64,000 nucleotides of DNA. It comes from Nemertoderma westbladi (taxonomy: Eukaryota; Animalia; Xenacoelomorpha). The notes below the pieces were generated by a model. The model was not told the DNA's origin. It searched no databases and saw nothing but the letters and a program-made list of their open reading frames with translations. A program made the position numbers and the translations under genes. The stretch covers positions 37,845 to 101,844 of the forward strand of contig JAUCBJ010003885.1 of assembly GCA_032718475.1 (NCBI GenBank), read 5' to 3'. Below are positions 1 to 13,375 of the stretch, piece by piece. Position 1 is the stretch's first letter. The number at the start of each line of letters is the position of its first letter.

Positions 1-108
1 CCAAATGCCACCATAAATATAAGCTAACTCATTTATAACATAATTTATGTCATTTTTGCATTTATTTATACAGCAACTAATTTAATTTGTGCAGTTTTAG
101 CAGTTGCA

Positions 109-1645
109 GTTTTATACTAACACAGGAATATATACTGTTTTATACTAACACAGGAATATATACTGTTTTATACTAACACAGGAATATATACTGTTTTATA
201 CTAACACAGGAATATATACTGTTTTATACTAAAACAGGAATATATACTGTTTTATACTAACACAGGAATATATACTGTTTTATACTAAAACAGGAATATA
301 TACTGTTTTATACTAAAACAGGAATATATACTGTTTTATACTAAAACAGGAATATATACTGTTTTATACTAAAACAGGAATATATACTGTTTTATACTAA
401 CACAGGAATATATACTGTTATATATTAACACAGGAATATATACTGTTTTATACTAACACAGGAATATATACTGTTTTATACTAAAACAGGAATATATACT
501 GTTATATATTAACACAGGAATATATACTGTTTTATACTAAAACAGGAATATATACTGTTTTATACTAAAACAGGAATATATACTGTTTTATTCTAAAACA
601 GGAATATAATATACTGTTTTATACTAACACATGAATATATAGGCCCTACTGTTTTATACTAACACATGAATATATACTGTTTTATACTAAAACAGTAATA
701 TATACTGTTTTATACTAACACAGGAATATATACTGTTTTATACTAACACAGGAATATATACTGTTTTATACTAAAACAGGAATATATACTGTTTTATACT
801 AACACAGGAATATATACTGTTTTATACTAAAACAGGAATATATACTGTTTTATACTAACACAGGAATATATACTGTTTTATACTAAAACAGGAATATATA
901 CTGTTTTATACTAACACAGGAATATATACTATTTTATACTAACACAGGAATATATACTGTTTTATACTAACACAGGAATATAAAACTGTTTTATACTAAC
1001 ACAGGAATATATACTGTTTTATACTAAAACAGTAATATATACTGTTTTATACTAACACAGGATTATATACTGTTTTATACTAACACAGGAATATATACTG
1101 TTTTATACTAACACAGGAATATATACTGTTTTATACTAAAACAGGAATATATACTGTTTTATACTAACACAGGAATATATACTGTTTTATACTAAAACAG
1201 GAATATATACTGTTTTATACTAACACAGGAATATATACTGTTTTATACTAAAACAGGAATATATACTGTTTTATACTAAAACAGGAATATATACTGTTTT
1301 ATACTAACACAGGAATATATACTATTTTATACTAACACAGGAATATATACTGTTTTATACTAACACAGGAATATAAAACTGTTTTATACTAACACAGGAA
1401 TATATACTGTTTTATACTAAAACAGGAATATATACTGTTTTATACTAACACAGGAATATATACTGTTTTATACTAACACAGGAATATATACTGTTTTATA
1501 CTAACACAGGAATATATAATGTTTTATACTAAAACAGGAATATATACTGTTTTATACTAACACAGGAATATAATACTGTTTTATACTAACACAGTAATGT
1601 AATACTGTTTTATACTAACACAGGAATATATACTGTTTTATACTA
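109..1645 (+). repeat. 28-bp tandem satellite (TACTAA[C/A]ACAGGAATATATACTGTTTTA), left block, ~55 copies
   Basis: Period of 28 read directly (cacagg at 121, 149, ...); two main variants, TACTAAC and TACTAAA. Confidence 0.97.
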
Positions 1646-4624
1646 CTACTAGGATCGGCATGCTGCATTGCAGCTGCATTTTTAAGAATGCTGTGCCGGC
1701 TTATCGACAAAATTGCACCGCCACAAATCCCTATCACCCATGACATTTGCTAGATCATCCGCATCTTCAAGGTCAGTGCCCTTTAAGATGCGTCTCAAGA
1801 AAGTCATGGGCTGTCCACCATGTTTATTCACTCCATGAGGGTGCCAAAGTACAAGATTATGCACTGGCTGGTCCTCCAGGCGAAAGCAATGTCCTGCAAA
1901 GCGGAGGCGATTTTGTTCTAGTGTCAAGCTTGGGGGAACCAATGAGACACCTCCAATGTTATATAGTGTCTGGTTGGAGATGTGTGCATTGAACTTGACA
2001 CAATGAACCCGGCGTAGCATTCTTGTGAATGTGCCATCCAGAGATTTGGTGTCCTCAGCAGTTAGAGCCCAGCATGGACTCCCATAGAGGAGTACTGGAA
2101 CTACTGCTGCTCTAAATAACCGGAACTTAAGTTTCCGATTAATTCTCGGTGACTTCCAAATCCTGGAAAGCCTTTTCAAGGCTGCCCATGCCTTTCCCTT
2201 ACGTATTCGAAGGTCCTCACCTGACTTCCGGATCCATGATCCCAGGTAACAGAAGTCGTCCACATGCTCAAGCATACCATCTTTTGAGCTTATGCTCATC
2301 CGATCAGAGACTTGCTGAGGACTTTCAAAGTTAACTGTCAACATTTTGGTCTTTCTGGAGTTAATAAAAAGACCAACAGTAGAAGCAGCATGTTCTAATG
2401 AGCTGAGGAGCCGTTGGGCTCCCTCTAGTGATTCTGAGAGTACTCCTAAGTCATCAGCAAAGTCTAGATCAGTTAGGTACTTGGCAGGATTTCCTCGACT
2501 TCTGGAGCCAGTAGGTGGAGTTATCATCACCCCATCATCATTATGATGATCTAAGGACATGCGTAGAACATAGTCAACAACAATTATGAACAAGAATGGT
2601 GCAAGTGTGTCTCCCTGGAGGACGCCCCAAAACACTTCAAATGGTTCTGTGTCACCGTCAACAGTAGACACAAATGTTGTCGAACCATCGTATACTGATC
2701 TGATTGCTGCAATAATTTCATCAGGAATCCCATATAATGAAAGTATGCTGAACATACGAGAGCGAGAGACTGAATCAAAGGCCTTGATGAAGTCAACAAA
2801 GATAACAGCCAGATGCCTGTCTTTATTTTTTGATAACTCTTCAATTATCCTAAGTGCCAAAATTGGCTCCATGGTCCCACGACCTTTACGGAACCCATTC
2901 TGATTTCCACGGAGCAGTCTCTCAATGGGATCCCAGATGCGATTTAATAGAATTCTATTGTATAGCTTTGCAGCAATCGATATCAATGAGATTCCCCGAA
3001 AAGAACCATAGTGTTAGGTTGCCCTTCTTGGGAACTGGCACCAACTTATTTGTTTTCATTTCTTGTGGGACTCTTGTTGTACGCTACATGTCTACTATGA
3101 TGGGATAGATGAGCTTTAAACACTCAAGTATTTTAAAGACCTCAGGGGGAACACCATCTACTCCACTGGCACGATTGGTCTTAATGCTCTTTGCAGCAGC
3201 CTTCACTTCTGCAAAGGAGATATCACCAATGGGAATATCTGGGAGTAGAGACTCAGACACTTTTACTTCTATAAAGTTATCAGGCAATACCCTGTCATTA
3301 TTGAGGAGCTTTTCAAAGTGGGCCTTCCAACCATTGAGGCGATCGGCTGGTGATTCAGCCTTAACCTTGGTGGTTGGTTGGCTTTTTCGAACAGCAAGCA
3401 AGTTGATCGATCTCCATGCCTGGGATGATTGCCGGCTGTCATCAGCATCATTGATGGCATCAACCTGTTGGTTTATAAGCTCCTGTAAATTAACAGAGTA
3501 CTGCCTGTTCAGGGACCTAGATGCAGCTTTAACAGCATTCTTGGCCGCTGTAGTCTGTTTGAGTCGGGACTCTTCCTGCGCCTTGTAGAGGTCATTTCGG
3601 CACTTCTGAATTTTGTTGTCAGTCCAGGGGGCCCGTTTCCTGTTTCGAGGGTATACAGGAACTGTTTCTACAGCTGCTAACTTAACTGCCTCTGTGAAGG
3701 CAGTATAGCCCTCACAGTGATCTGCCGCCTCAGAGGCAAGAGCCTCATACCTGTTGCTCAGCTGTAGTGTGAAGCTGGATCTCACACTTGTCTGTTGCAA
3801 CAGAGAGGACCAGTCATGCCGCGGCAAGGCAGATTTCGTTGTTCTGCTAGCACGCAGACTAAGTCTTACCTTGGCCACAATAAGGCGGTGATCACTGGAG
3901 AAGGGTCGTAGTGTAAATGCATTACAGTCTTGTATAAAGCTCCTGTACTTCCTACGAAACAGGATATGGTCTATCTGGGACTTGTGACCACTGGGTCCAC
4001 TATGAGTCCATAGCTTTCCAGTTCGCTTCTTGAACTGGGTTCCAGCCGAAAACAGTCCATTTCCAGAGATAAAATCCTGAAGATGGACGGAATTTCGGTT
4101 AACACTATTGCTATAGACCCAGGGCGATGTAGTTGATTAATGCAGACTTGCATTAAAGTCTCCCAGGAATGTTAAGAATGCATGCTGATCCACTCCATCA
4201 GTAGCTGCTTGTAGATTGTGGTAGAAATTTTCCACCTCCTCTACAGGGACAACACTAGTTGGAGAGTAGCACACAATCAGAACCACCTTAGGAAACTTCT
4301 TAGCCAGTCTTCCAGAACATGAGAAGTGGCAACGGATGATGCGGTTAGAGATTTGGTCTATTTTGTCCAATGCTGCATGTGCGCCAGTTGGATTCATCAA
4401 TAGACCAATTCCACCATTGCCACTATCATCTGCTGAAGCGAGGGCGAGTCGCCAACCGCCCCCCATGTCCTTAATCAGAACCTCATCAGTCTGTCCAGTC
4501 TGCATTCGGTGCTCTTGAACACCCACTGCACTAAGAGAAAGCTTATCTGCCAAGGCAGTCAGCTCACCTTGTCGCATTGGGGACCCGAGTGTTAGGGTGT
4601 TTACTAAGGCTAGTCTTATAGTTA
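1646..4624 (-). mobile_element. RTE-clade non-LTR retrotransposon, 5'-truncated and frameshifted
   Basis: APE endonuclease (TIRLALVNTLTL, VGVQEHR, GDFNA, SQIDHIL, SDH) and RT (QNGFRKGRGT, FVDFIKAFDSV, GVLQGDTLAPFLF, DFADD) split over ORFs 4137-4577, 3084-3878 and 1682-2986; very short 3' UTR ending in (TAG)n; apparent 11-bp TSD GTTTTATACTA at 1635-1645 and 4625-4635 (exact length ambiguous inside a tandem array). Confidence 0.93.
1682..2986 (-). pseudogene. Reverse transcriptase domain of the RTE element (frameshift-separated from the endonuclease)
   Basis: 434-aa ORF with non-LTR RT motifs QGD and FADD and an RTE-like C-terminus (LLYGS..W, RLRFAGHC, DRDLWR). Confidence 0.9.
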
Positions 4625-7600
4625 GTTTTATACTAACACAGGAATATATACTGTTTTATACTAAAACAGGAATATATACTGTTTTATACTAACACAGGAA
4701 TATATACTGTTTTATACTAACACAGGAATATATACTGTTTTATACTAAAACAGGAATATATACTGTTTTATACTAACACAGGAATATATACTGTTTTATA
4801 CTAAAACAGGAATATATACTGTTTTATACTAACACAGGAATATATACTGTTTTATACTAAAACAGGAATATATACTGTTTTATACTAACACAGGAATATA
4901 TACTGTTTTATACTAACACAGGAATATATACTGTTTTATACTAAAACAGGAATATATACTGTTTTATACTAACACAGGAATATATACTGTTTTATACTTA
5001 AACAGGAATATATACTGTTTTATGCTAACACAGGAATGAATATATACTGTTTTATACTAACACAGGAATATATACTGTTTTATACTAAAACAGGAATATA
5101 TACTGTTTTATACTAAAACAGGAATATATACTGTTTTATACTAACACAGGAATATATACTGTTTTATACTAACACAGGAATATATACTGTTTTATACTAA
5201 AACAGGAATATATACTGTTTTATACTAACACAGGAATATATACTGTTTTATACTAACACAGGAATATATACTGTTTTATACTAAAACAGGAATATTTTAT
5301 ACTGTTTTATACTAACACAGGAATATATACTGTTTTATACTAACACAGGAATATATACTGTTTTATACTAAAACAGGAATATATACTGTTTTATACTAAC
5401 ACAGGAATATATACTGTTTTATACTAAAACAGGAATATATACTGTTTTATACTAACACAGGAATATATACTGTTTTATACTAAAACAGGAATATATACTG
5501 TTTTATACTAAAACAGTAATATATACTGTTTTATACTAACACAGGAATGTATACTGTTTTATACTAAAACAGGAATATATACTGTTTTATACTAACACAG
5601 GAATATATACTGTTTTATACTAACACAGGAATATATACTGTTTTATACTAAAACAGGAATATATACTGTTTTATACTAACACAGGAATATATACTGTTTT
5701 ATACTAAAACAGGAATATATACTGTTTTATACTAAAACAGTAATATATACTGTTTTATACTAACACAGGAATATATACTGTTTTATACTAAAACAGGAAT
5801 ATATACTGTTTTATACTAACACAGGAATATATACTGTTTTATACTAAAACAGGAATATATACTGTTTTATACTAACACAGGAATATATACTGTTTTATAC
5901 TAAAACAGGAATATATACTGTTTTATACTAACACAGGAATATATACTGTTTTATACTAACACAGGAATATATACTGTTTTATACTAAAACAGGAATATAT
6001 ACTGTTTTATACTAACACAGGAATATATACTGTTTTATACTAAAACAGGAATATATACTGTTTTATGCTAACACAGGAATGAATATATACTGTTTTATAC
6101 TAACACAGGAATATATACTGTTTTATACTAAAACAGGAATATATACTGTTTTATACTAACACAGGAATATATACTGTTTTATACTAAAACAGTAATATAT
6201 ACTGTTTTATACTAACACAGGAATATATACTGTTTTATACTAAAACAGGTATATATACTGTTTTATACTAACACAGGAATATATACTGTTTTATACTAAA
6301 ACAGGAATATATACTGTTTTATACTAACACAGGAATATATACTGTTTTATACTAAAACAGGAATATATACTGTTTTATACTAAAACAGGAATATATACTG
6401 TTTTATACTACACAGGAATATATACTGTTTTATACTAAAACAGGAATATATACTTTTTTATACTAAAACAGGAATATATACTGTTTTATACTAACACAGG
6501 AATATATACTGTTTTATACTAAAACAGGAATATATACTGTTTTATACTAACACAGGAATATATACTGTTTTATACTACACAGGAATATATACTGTTTTAT
6601 ACTAAAACAGGAATATATACTTTTTATACTAAAACAGGAATATATACTGTTTTATACTAACACAGGAATATATACTGTTTTATACTAACACAGGAATATA
6701 TACTGTTTTATACTAAAACAGGAATATATACTGTTTTATACTAAAACAGTAATATATACTGTTTTATACTAAAACAGGAATATATACTGTTTTATACTAA
6801 CACAGGAATATATACTGTTTTATACTAAAACAGGAATATATACTGTTTTATACTAAAACAGTAATATATACTGTTTTATACTAAAACAGGAATATATACT
6901 GTTTTATACTACACAGGAATATATACTGTTTTATACTAAAACAGGAATATATACTTTTTTATACTAAAACAGGAATATATACTGTTTTATACTACACAGG
7001 AATATATACTGTTTTATACTAAAACAGGAATATATACTTTTTTATACTAAAACAGGAATATATACTGTTTTATACTAACACAGGAATATATACTGTTTTA
7101 TACTAAAACAGGAATATATACTGTTTTATACTAACACAGGAATATATACTGTTTTATACTACACAGGAATATATACTGTTTTATACTAAAACAGGAATAT
7201 ATACTTTTTTATACTAAAACAGGAATATATACTGTTTTATACTAACACAGGAATATATACTGTTTTATACTAACACAGGAATATATACTGTTTTATACTA
7301 AAACAGGAATATATACTGTTTTATACTAACACAGGAATATATACTGTTTTATACTAAAACAGGAATATATACTTTTTTATACTAAAACAGGAATATATAC
7401 TGTTTTATACTAACACAGGAATATATACTGTTTTATACTAACACAGGAATATATACTGTTTTATACTAACACAGGAATATATACTGTTTTATACTAAAAC
7501 AGGAATATATACTGTTTTATACTAAAACAGTAATATATACTGTTTTATACTAAAACAGGAATATATACTGTTTTATACTAACACAGGAATATATACTGTT

Positions 7601-8503
7601 TTATACTAAAACAGGAATATATACTGTTTTATACTAAAACAGTAATATATACTGTTTTATACTAACACAGGAATATATACTGTTTTATACTAACACAGGA
7701 ATATATACAGTTTTATACTAACACAGGAATATATACTGTTTTATACTAAAACAGGAATATATACTGTTTTATACTAAAACAGTAATATATACTGTTTTAT
7801 ACTAACACAGGAATATATACTGTTTTATACTAACACAGGAATATATACTGTTTTATACTAACACAGGAATATATACTGTTTTATACTAAAACAGGAATAT
7901 ATACTGTTTTATACTAACACAGGAATATATACTGTTTTATACTAAAACAGGAATATATACTGTTTTATACTAACACAGGAATATATACTGTTTTATACTA
8001 AAACAGGAATATATACTGTTTTATACTAACACAGGAATATATACTGTTTTATACTAAAACAGGAATATATACTGTTTTATACTAAAACAGGAATATATAC
8101 TGTTTTATACTAACACAGGAATATAATACAGTTTTATACTAACACAGGAATGAATATATACAGTTTTATACTAACACAGGAATATATACTGTTTTATACT
8201 AAAACAGGAATATATACTGTTTTATACTAACACAGGAATGAATATATACTGTTTTATACTAACACAGGAATATATACTGTTTTATACTAACACAGGAATA
8301 TATACTGTTTTATACTAAAACAGGAATATATACTGTTTTATACTAACACAGGAATATATACTGTTTTATACTAAAACAGGAATATATACTGTTTTATACT
8401 AACACAGGAATATATACTGTTTTATACTAAAACAGGAATATATACTGTTTTATGCTAACACAGGAATATATACTGTTTTATACTAACACATGAATATATA
8501 CTG
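4625..8503 (+). repeat. 28-bp tandem satellite, right block, ~138 copies
   Basis: Same unit as 109-1645; ends ~40 bp before the splice acceptor at 8546. Confidence 0.97.
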
Positions 8504-8546
8504 TAAACTTTAAGAAAATTTCATTCTGCCCCGTTTATTCCTCCAG

Positions 8547-9950
8547 GTATCCCCGGATATGCCGAGCCGTCCCCCTCCCCGTCCCCCTAGCAACGAGCTG
8601 CCCGCGACCCTGGACACGGCGCGCCCGCTGAGCGAGTGCTCCGACCAGTACCTGCGACCCCTGCACGCGGGCGGGGGTAACCTAGCGACCCAGTCGCTGA
8701 TACACAGCGACCCCGCCGAGTTGCTTAGCGACGACTTTCTGTGCGAACTCGAGACTAACCTGAGCGAGATCAGCAAACAGTTCGGGACGGATAAGGGGAA
8801 TCTCTACCAGAACCAGGAGGAATTACAACTGGAGATGAAACTATTGGAGGAGCGGAAGAAAACCAATCACATCAAAAAGTTAGAAACAAACGAGGTTAAA
8901 AACGAGTCGGGGAAGCCAGCCGACGATGAAATGACAAGCGAAGATCGAGCACTCCTCGCTAAAATCCTACTCATGGAGTCATCTACAGACGGAAGTCGGG
9001 AGACCCCGTCGCCAACCCAACGTTCTAGAAAGCTGCCGCCCAAGGCGAAACCGCGAGCGCAGCAGCCGGCGGCCCCAGACAGCGGCGTGTTGGACGGACT
9101 AGCGGCGTTCCTCGTCGGGGCGACAACGCCGCCCAAGATACAGACCAAGGAAGCCGCCCTCAACGACGTCACTTCCGGTTGCAAGTCCATTCTGACGTCA
9201 TACGTGACGGCGTTTAATCGGGCGGGGGGCGACGCGGTTGGCGAGTCGCTGGCCGCGCCGGTGGCTGCGCTGCACGCTCGGTGGTCGCCTAGCAACGCGG
9301 TGGCGTTGTCCCGCGCGTTGCTATGGGTCGCCGTCTCGGTGCTGCGTTACGTGTCGAGTCTGGAGGAGTCGCTGTCGCACAACTTCCTCGTCAATCTCGA
9401 GAAACTCCAGCTCGTAGCGCCTCCTGCGGGGACCAGCGGAGTTTATCACGTGCGTTGCAACGCTGGGGTAGCCCGTCTCTACGCCAAAGGCCACTCGGCC
9501 ACCGACGCCGCCAGTCTCTTCCTCATTAAACTATTCGGGTCGACGAACTCCTTGGATCCGGTTAAACTCCCGAGTAACTCGAACATTACGAGTTTCGTCG
9601 AGTCCCTCGATTTGGTCGCGTTCGACGGCGTCGAGGCGGTTAAGAAACTGCTGCGGGACCTCCTCCGGGGCTCGTTGTCCGTAGCAACCGCGGCCGGCCA
9701 TCTCGGCTGGTTGCTATGGTGCCACGACGGGTCGCACTCTCGTCTGCGTCGCACCGATTGGCTCAACTGGTTGTGCGTGCAGCAGGGCGGCGCGGTCCAC
9801 CGGTTGGCCACTCTGGGCGTTGCCAATCTCGCTTCCGGTAACCGGAAGTCCACCGTGGTTCCGCCCGACCTCGCTCTAGCTCAGTTCCTCTCTGCGGTCG
9901 ACGCGGACCATTTAGCCGAAGCCTCAGAATATTTCATTAAACGCTTTTAA
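8547..9950 (+). CDS. Large terminal coding exon of an unidentified gene (Pro-rich, Tyr-motif-containing N-part, helical C-part)
   Basis: Acceptor ttctgccccgtttattcctccag|G at 8546/8547 in frame with the 463-aa ORF; GC-rich coding composition; TAA at 9948-9950; AATAAA at 10037-10042. No family recognised; upstream exons are probably outside the window. Confidence 0.8.
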   Translation, partial: VSPDMPSRPPPRPPSNELPATLDTARPLSECSDQYLRPLHAGGGNLATQSLIHSDPAELLSDDFLCELETNLSEISKQFGTDKGNLYQNQEELQLEMKLLEERKKTNHIKKLETNEVKNESGKPADDEMTSEDRALLAKILLMESSTDGSRETPSPTQRSRKLPPKAKPRAQQPAAPDSGVLDGLAAFLVGATTPPKIQTKEAALNDVTSGCKSILTSYVTAFNRAGGDAVGESLAAPVAALHARWSPSNAVALSRALLWVAVSVLRYVSSLEESLSHNFLVNLEKLQLVAPPAGTSGVYHVRCNAGVARLYAKGHSATDAASLFLIKLFGSTNSLDPVKLPSNSNITSFVESLDLVAFDGVEAVKKLLRDLLRGSLSVATAAGHLGWLLWCHDGSHSRLRRTDWLNWLCVQQGGAVHRLATLGVANLASGNRKSTVVPPDLALAQFLSAVDADHLAEASEYFIKRF

Positions 9951-10672
9951 TTTCGCGACTTTTATTCACTTCCATTCCACGAGTCGGCTATATTCGGCCA
10001 TATTCGGCCGTTTATTCATATTTATTTTTAATAACAAATAAAGCCGACGTAATTAATGGAGAATATTTAGTCGATTGAATATCATGTTTGAGATCGTAAC
10101 TGCAGTTTTATCGACCGACAGTGGTGCAATATATTGATACGCAGTATTCTAGAACAGGTAGATCATTCAATTCACTCCTTGTATAAAATACTGAAAGGCT
10201 ATTGGCTGATCGTTTGATCGTCTACTGGTGGCCTCAGCTGTTTATGGGGCCACTTATGGATTTTTTGGAAATTTTCAACTTTATAGGATTAAGATATAGT
10301 GAAGTCTATTAAATAATTTATTTAGCTCCACTAAGAATGTAACTTACCTAACTTTAGGTAACTAACTGCTGGTTTTATATTTGTTCCTGTAATAATAAAT
10401 TATTTAACTTAAAGAGTCGGAAATCATATAAATTGTGTGTTGTGTCTGTTCGTTGCTTTTGAAACCTAGTAATTTTGATAAAATCGCATAATTTTGTTAT
10501 TTCCTTTAAATTAATATTCAGCCAAAATATATGCCAAGTGTTTCTGATATTTATGTATCTGTACAACTTTATGATGTTTTCTAAATTGTTTCAGTTTATG
10601 ACTGGAAACGATTACGTCTTATTAACCGACAGCTGTAAACTTACAGTGAACCACTGAACCTTGGATAGCTAT

Positions 10673-10952
10673 TAGTATGGCAGCTTGAAGGTATATAATA
10701 CAGACAAAAGTAATTAAATACAATGATGTGTAAATTAATTAATCCGTGCATTGTATGTGCAATATATCCACAACAACCCAATACTGGTTAGTATATACAT
10801 TTTACTTTTTAATAGTATGGCAGCTTGGTGGTATATAATACAGACAAAAGTAATTAAATACAAACAAGTGTAAATTAATTAATCCGTGCATTGTATGTGC
10901 AATATATCCACAACAACCCAATACTGGTTAGTATATACATTTTACTTTTTAA
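10673..10952. repeat. 140-bp direct tandem duplication
   Basis: tagtatggcagcttg...tttactttttaa occurs at 10673-10812 and 10813-10952 with few differences. Confidence 0.9.
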
Positions 10953-11060
10953 AGTAACTTTCATTGTTCCAAATCTCCTAATATTAAATGGATTGATATC
11001 TCGTTCAGTTATTTACTTCTAATTATATGGAGTTCTAATGTAATGTAGTTTATACAGAAC

Positions 11061-11146
11061 TGTGCAGTGCAGTGCATTGCAGTGCAGTGCAGTGCAGTGC
11101 AGTGCAGTGCAGTGCAGTGCAGTGCAGTGCAGTGCAGTGCAGTGCA
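11061..11146. repeat. (GTGCA)n microsatellite
   Basis: About 17 pentamer copies. Confidence 0.95.
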
Positions 11147-11833
11147 TGCCCAATACATCAATGAAGTTTTATCCATGTATCGATACTTAGATTTACTTTT
11201 TTTTATTAACATTATTACGATATTGTAGATTTTGTATTCGCTCACTGCAACTACTTGTCTATTAAGTAGTTAAAACCTATTTGCAATGACTTTTTTATTC
11301 ATATAAAGTAATTATGTTGTTTTGTTTCGACATTTTTTGCATTATTTTGTTGTTTTTATTTGGCAGTCCAACCCTTGTGCTTTCATGATTTTTGTTTCCA
11401 TATAATATGGGTTTACTTACTTATATATAAATGTTTATTTATTTATACGTTTTGCTGGTTGTCTGTGAACGTTTTTCCCCTGTGTTTGCTGCTTATAGTT
11501 AATAATAGGTTATATATGTATTATTGGTGATAATTTTTAGTTAGTTTTACCGCAATGTTCCTATTAGTTATTTGTGTTATTAACTATATGTATTTCTTGT
11601 TGAAATTATTCAATTTATTATAATTAATAATACATCTACTTCGCAAATTAGTTCGGTTACCAAATGGGTGGGTGATAGCCAAGGTCGGCCCCATATACCT
11701 TATTAATACGGCGGGTTAAACACCTTAAGGGGAGTTTCTCTCGAAGTCACAGAACATTGATTTAGCGTTTTAATACTGCCAGGAATTGTAATTCTCAATT
11801 AATACTCAATTAATTCTCAATATATATATATAT

Positions 11834-11880
11834 AATGCAGCTGCAATGCAGCATGCCGTCGTGGTGGTGGTAGTAGTAGT
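11834..11880 (+). mobile_element. Extreme 3' end of the same RTE family (3' UTR plus GTG/TAG tail)
   Basis: aatgcagctgcaatgcagcatgccg is identical to the reverse complement of 1656-1680 and is followed by gtggtggtggtagtagtagt. Confidence 0.85.
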
Positions 11881-13256
11881 CAACGTAACTCTGCCAAACT
11901 ACACACAAAAAGGGTGAGTACAAAACAGAAACCAGAGACTCAAGACCTGTACAAAAACTTTCGTTTATTGTTTTGGTTCCCCCAACACGCCTCTGTAACT
12001 GCTCCTTTACTAACCTGCTCCTTTAAATGGCAATGGGATCTAACGCTCTTTGGGACCTAACGCGAATTTACCTTTTAGTTTTGTACAGAGGGTCTTTGTA
12101 CACAATATATCATTGCTGTTAGATTGACAAGTCAGAGATACCAATTTAGTCGGTACTAAAATCATGATAAAGCTATAAATCTTACTGCGTGGCTCGCCCC
12201 ACATTATGAGACAAAAAGAAGGATTGAATTACCATGTAGTTTAAGCCTACATTTATATTTAATAGGTAGCAATGGTGGTAAAATTTATAGAATCCGTCGT
12301 CAGAGACAATTACTTGTGGAGGTCAGGTAGTCCTGATATTGCAACCATTTAATGTAGTCGCAATGGTTACGTATGGCTCGGGTTATAATTGTGTTGTTTT
12401 TAGTAAAGAAAGGTATTCGATAATGAAGGTATTAATGAGAGTAAGAGAGGCACCTTATATAACATCTAACTTACAGGTAACTACCAAGAGAGCGGAGCCG
12501 CAGGGTTGCCATTCATTACATGAATTACTTTAAGTAATTTTCTTTTTTTATGATTTGATTGGAACTTACTTTACGGTCCCTTTATGGTTATGGTTTAGGT
12601 AATTGTTTTGGTTTCGTTATAACTAAAACTACTAAATTAATTCCCTTTATTCAGTTTTATGTCCTTTAATTATTATAAAATCGCGAAGCAGAAAGTTAGG
12701 AAACGTAACGACGATAAGTCCTCACTACTCTATTATTACGCGATAATTTATTTTTATTTATATTATTTAATTCATAAAAAGTTATTCGACATTAATCATC
12801 AAACACTAATCGCATTACATCAGTTATCCTTAATTTAATGTAAAATTAAATCGATTAGGCCTAATATAAGAAGCTTACTGATTCGAAACAACCAGCTTTC
12901 AAACAATTCTCACACAATAATACTGCCAAAATCATTAACCAATTAGAATCGGGCATTGCCTATTTCCATGGTAGCGGGTGTCAACAACTTTATTACCAGA
13001 TAATTTTGTTGAGGCTACACACTGATACCGGTAGTTATTTGAATATCTAAACAAATTGGTTCGGAATTTCATTTTGTCGACGGGATAGTATTAATATTTA
13101 CAATATTAATTTCATACCAAGCGGTGCCCAATTAAGTATAAGAAGTGCATATAAACAATATGACGAACTGAGCAATGCCTATAGGCTTTCGGACAAACAA
13201 ACATCAACAATATTTGAATATTGGTGAATACCACCGTCGAAGTTGTCCAGAATAAA

Positions 13257-13375
13257 ATGGTGAAACCTGGATCCAAAGGAAAGGATAAAGGCAAAGACAG
13301 AGGTGGGAAGGACGCAGCAAATACACCTACTGCCAGCAGTGACGTTGTGCCTGGAAAACTATCTGAGGCTGATTG
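13257..13375 (+). CDS. C2orf81: C2orf81-like (DUF4639) protein, coding exon 1 of 9; full CDS 13257-36353, 457 aa
   Basis: MVKPGSKGKDKGKDRGGKDAANTPTASSDVVPGKLSEADW resembles the C2orf81 motif DIVPGRLSEAEW (recalled, not searched); donor TG|gtgagt. All nine exons join with GT-AG introns and consistent phases (1374 nt including stop). Confidence 0.85.

Noticed and set aside
6241-6256. Single CAG|GTAT variant in the 28-bp array resembling a recursive splice site
   Set aside because: One point variant among ~190 units is expected by chance.
8510-9853. Antisense and alternative-frame ORFs over GC-rich genes (also 47287-48787 and 60637-62671)
   Set aside because: Shadows of GC-rich coding sequence on the opposite strand or in another frame.
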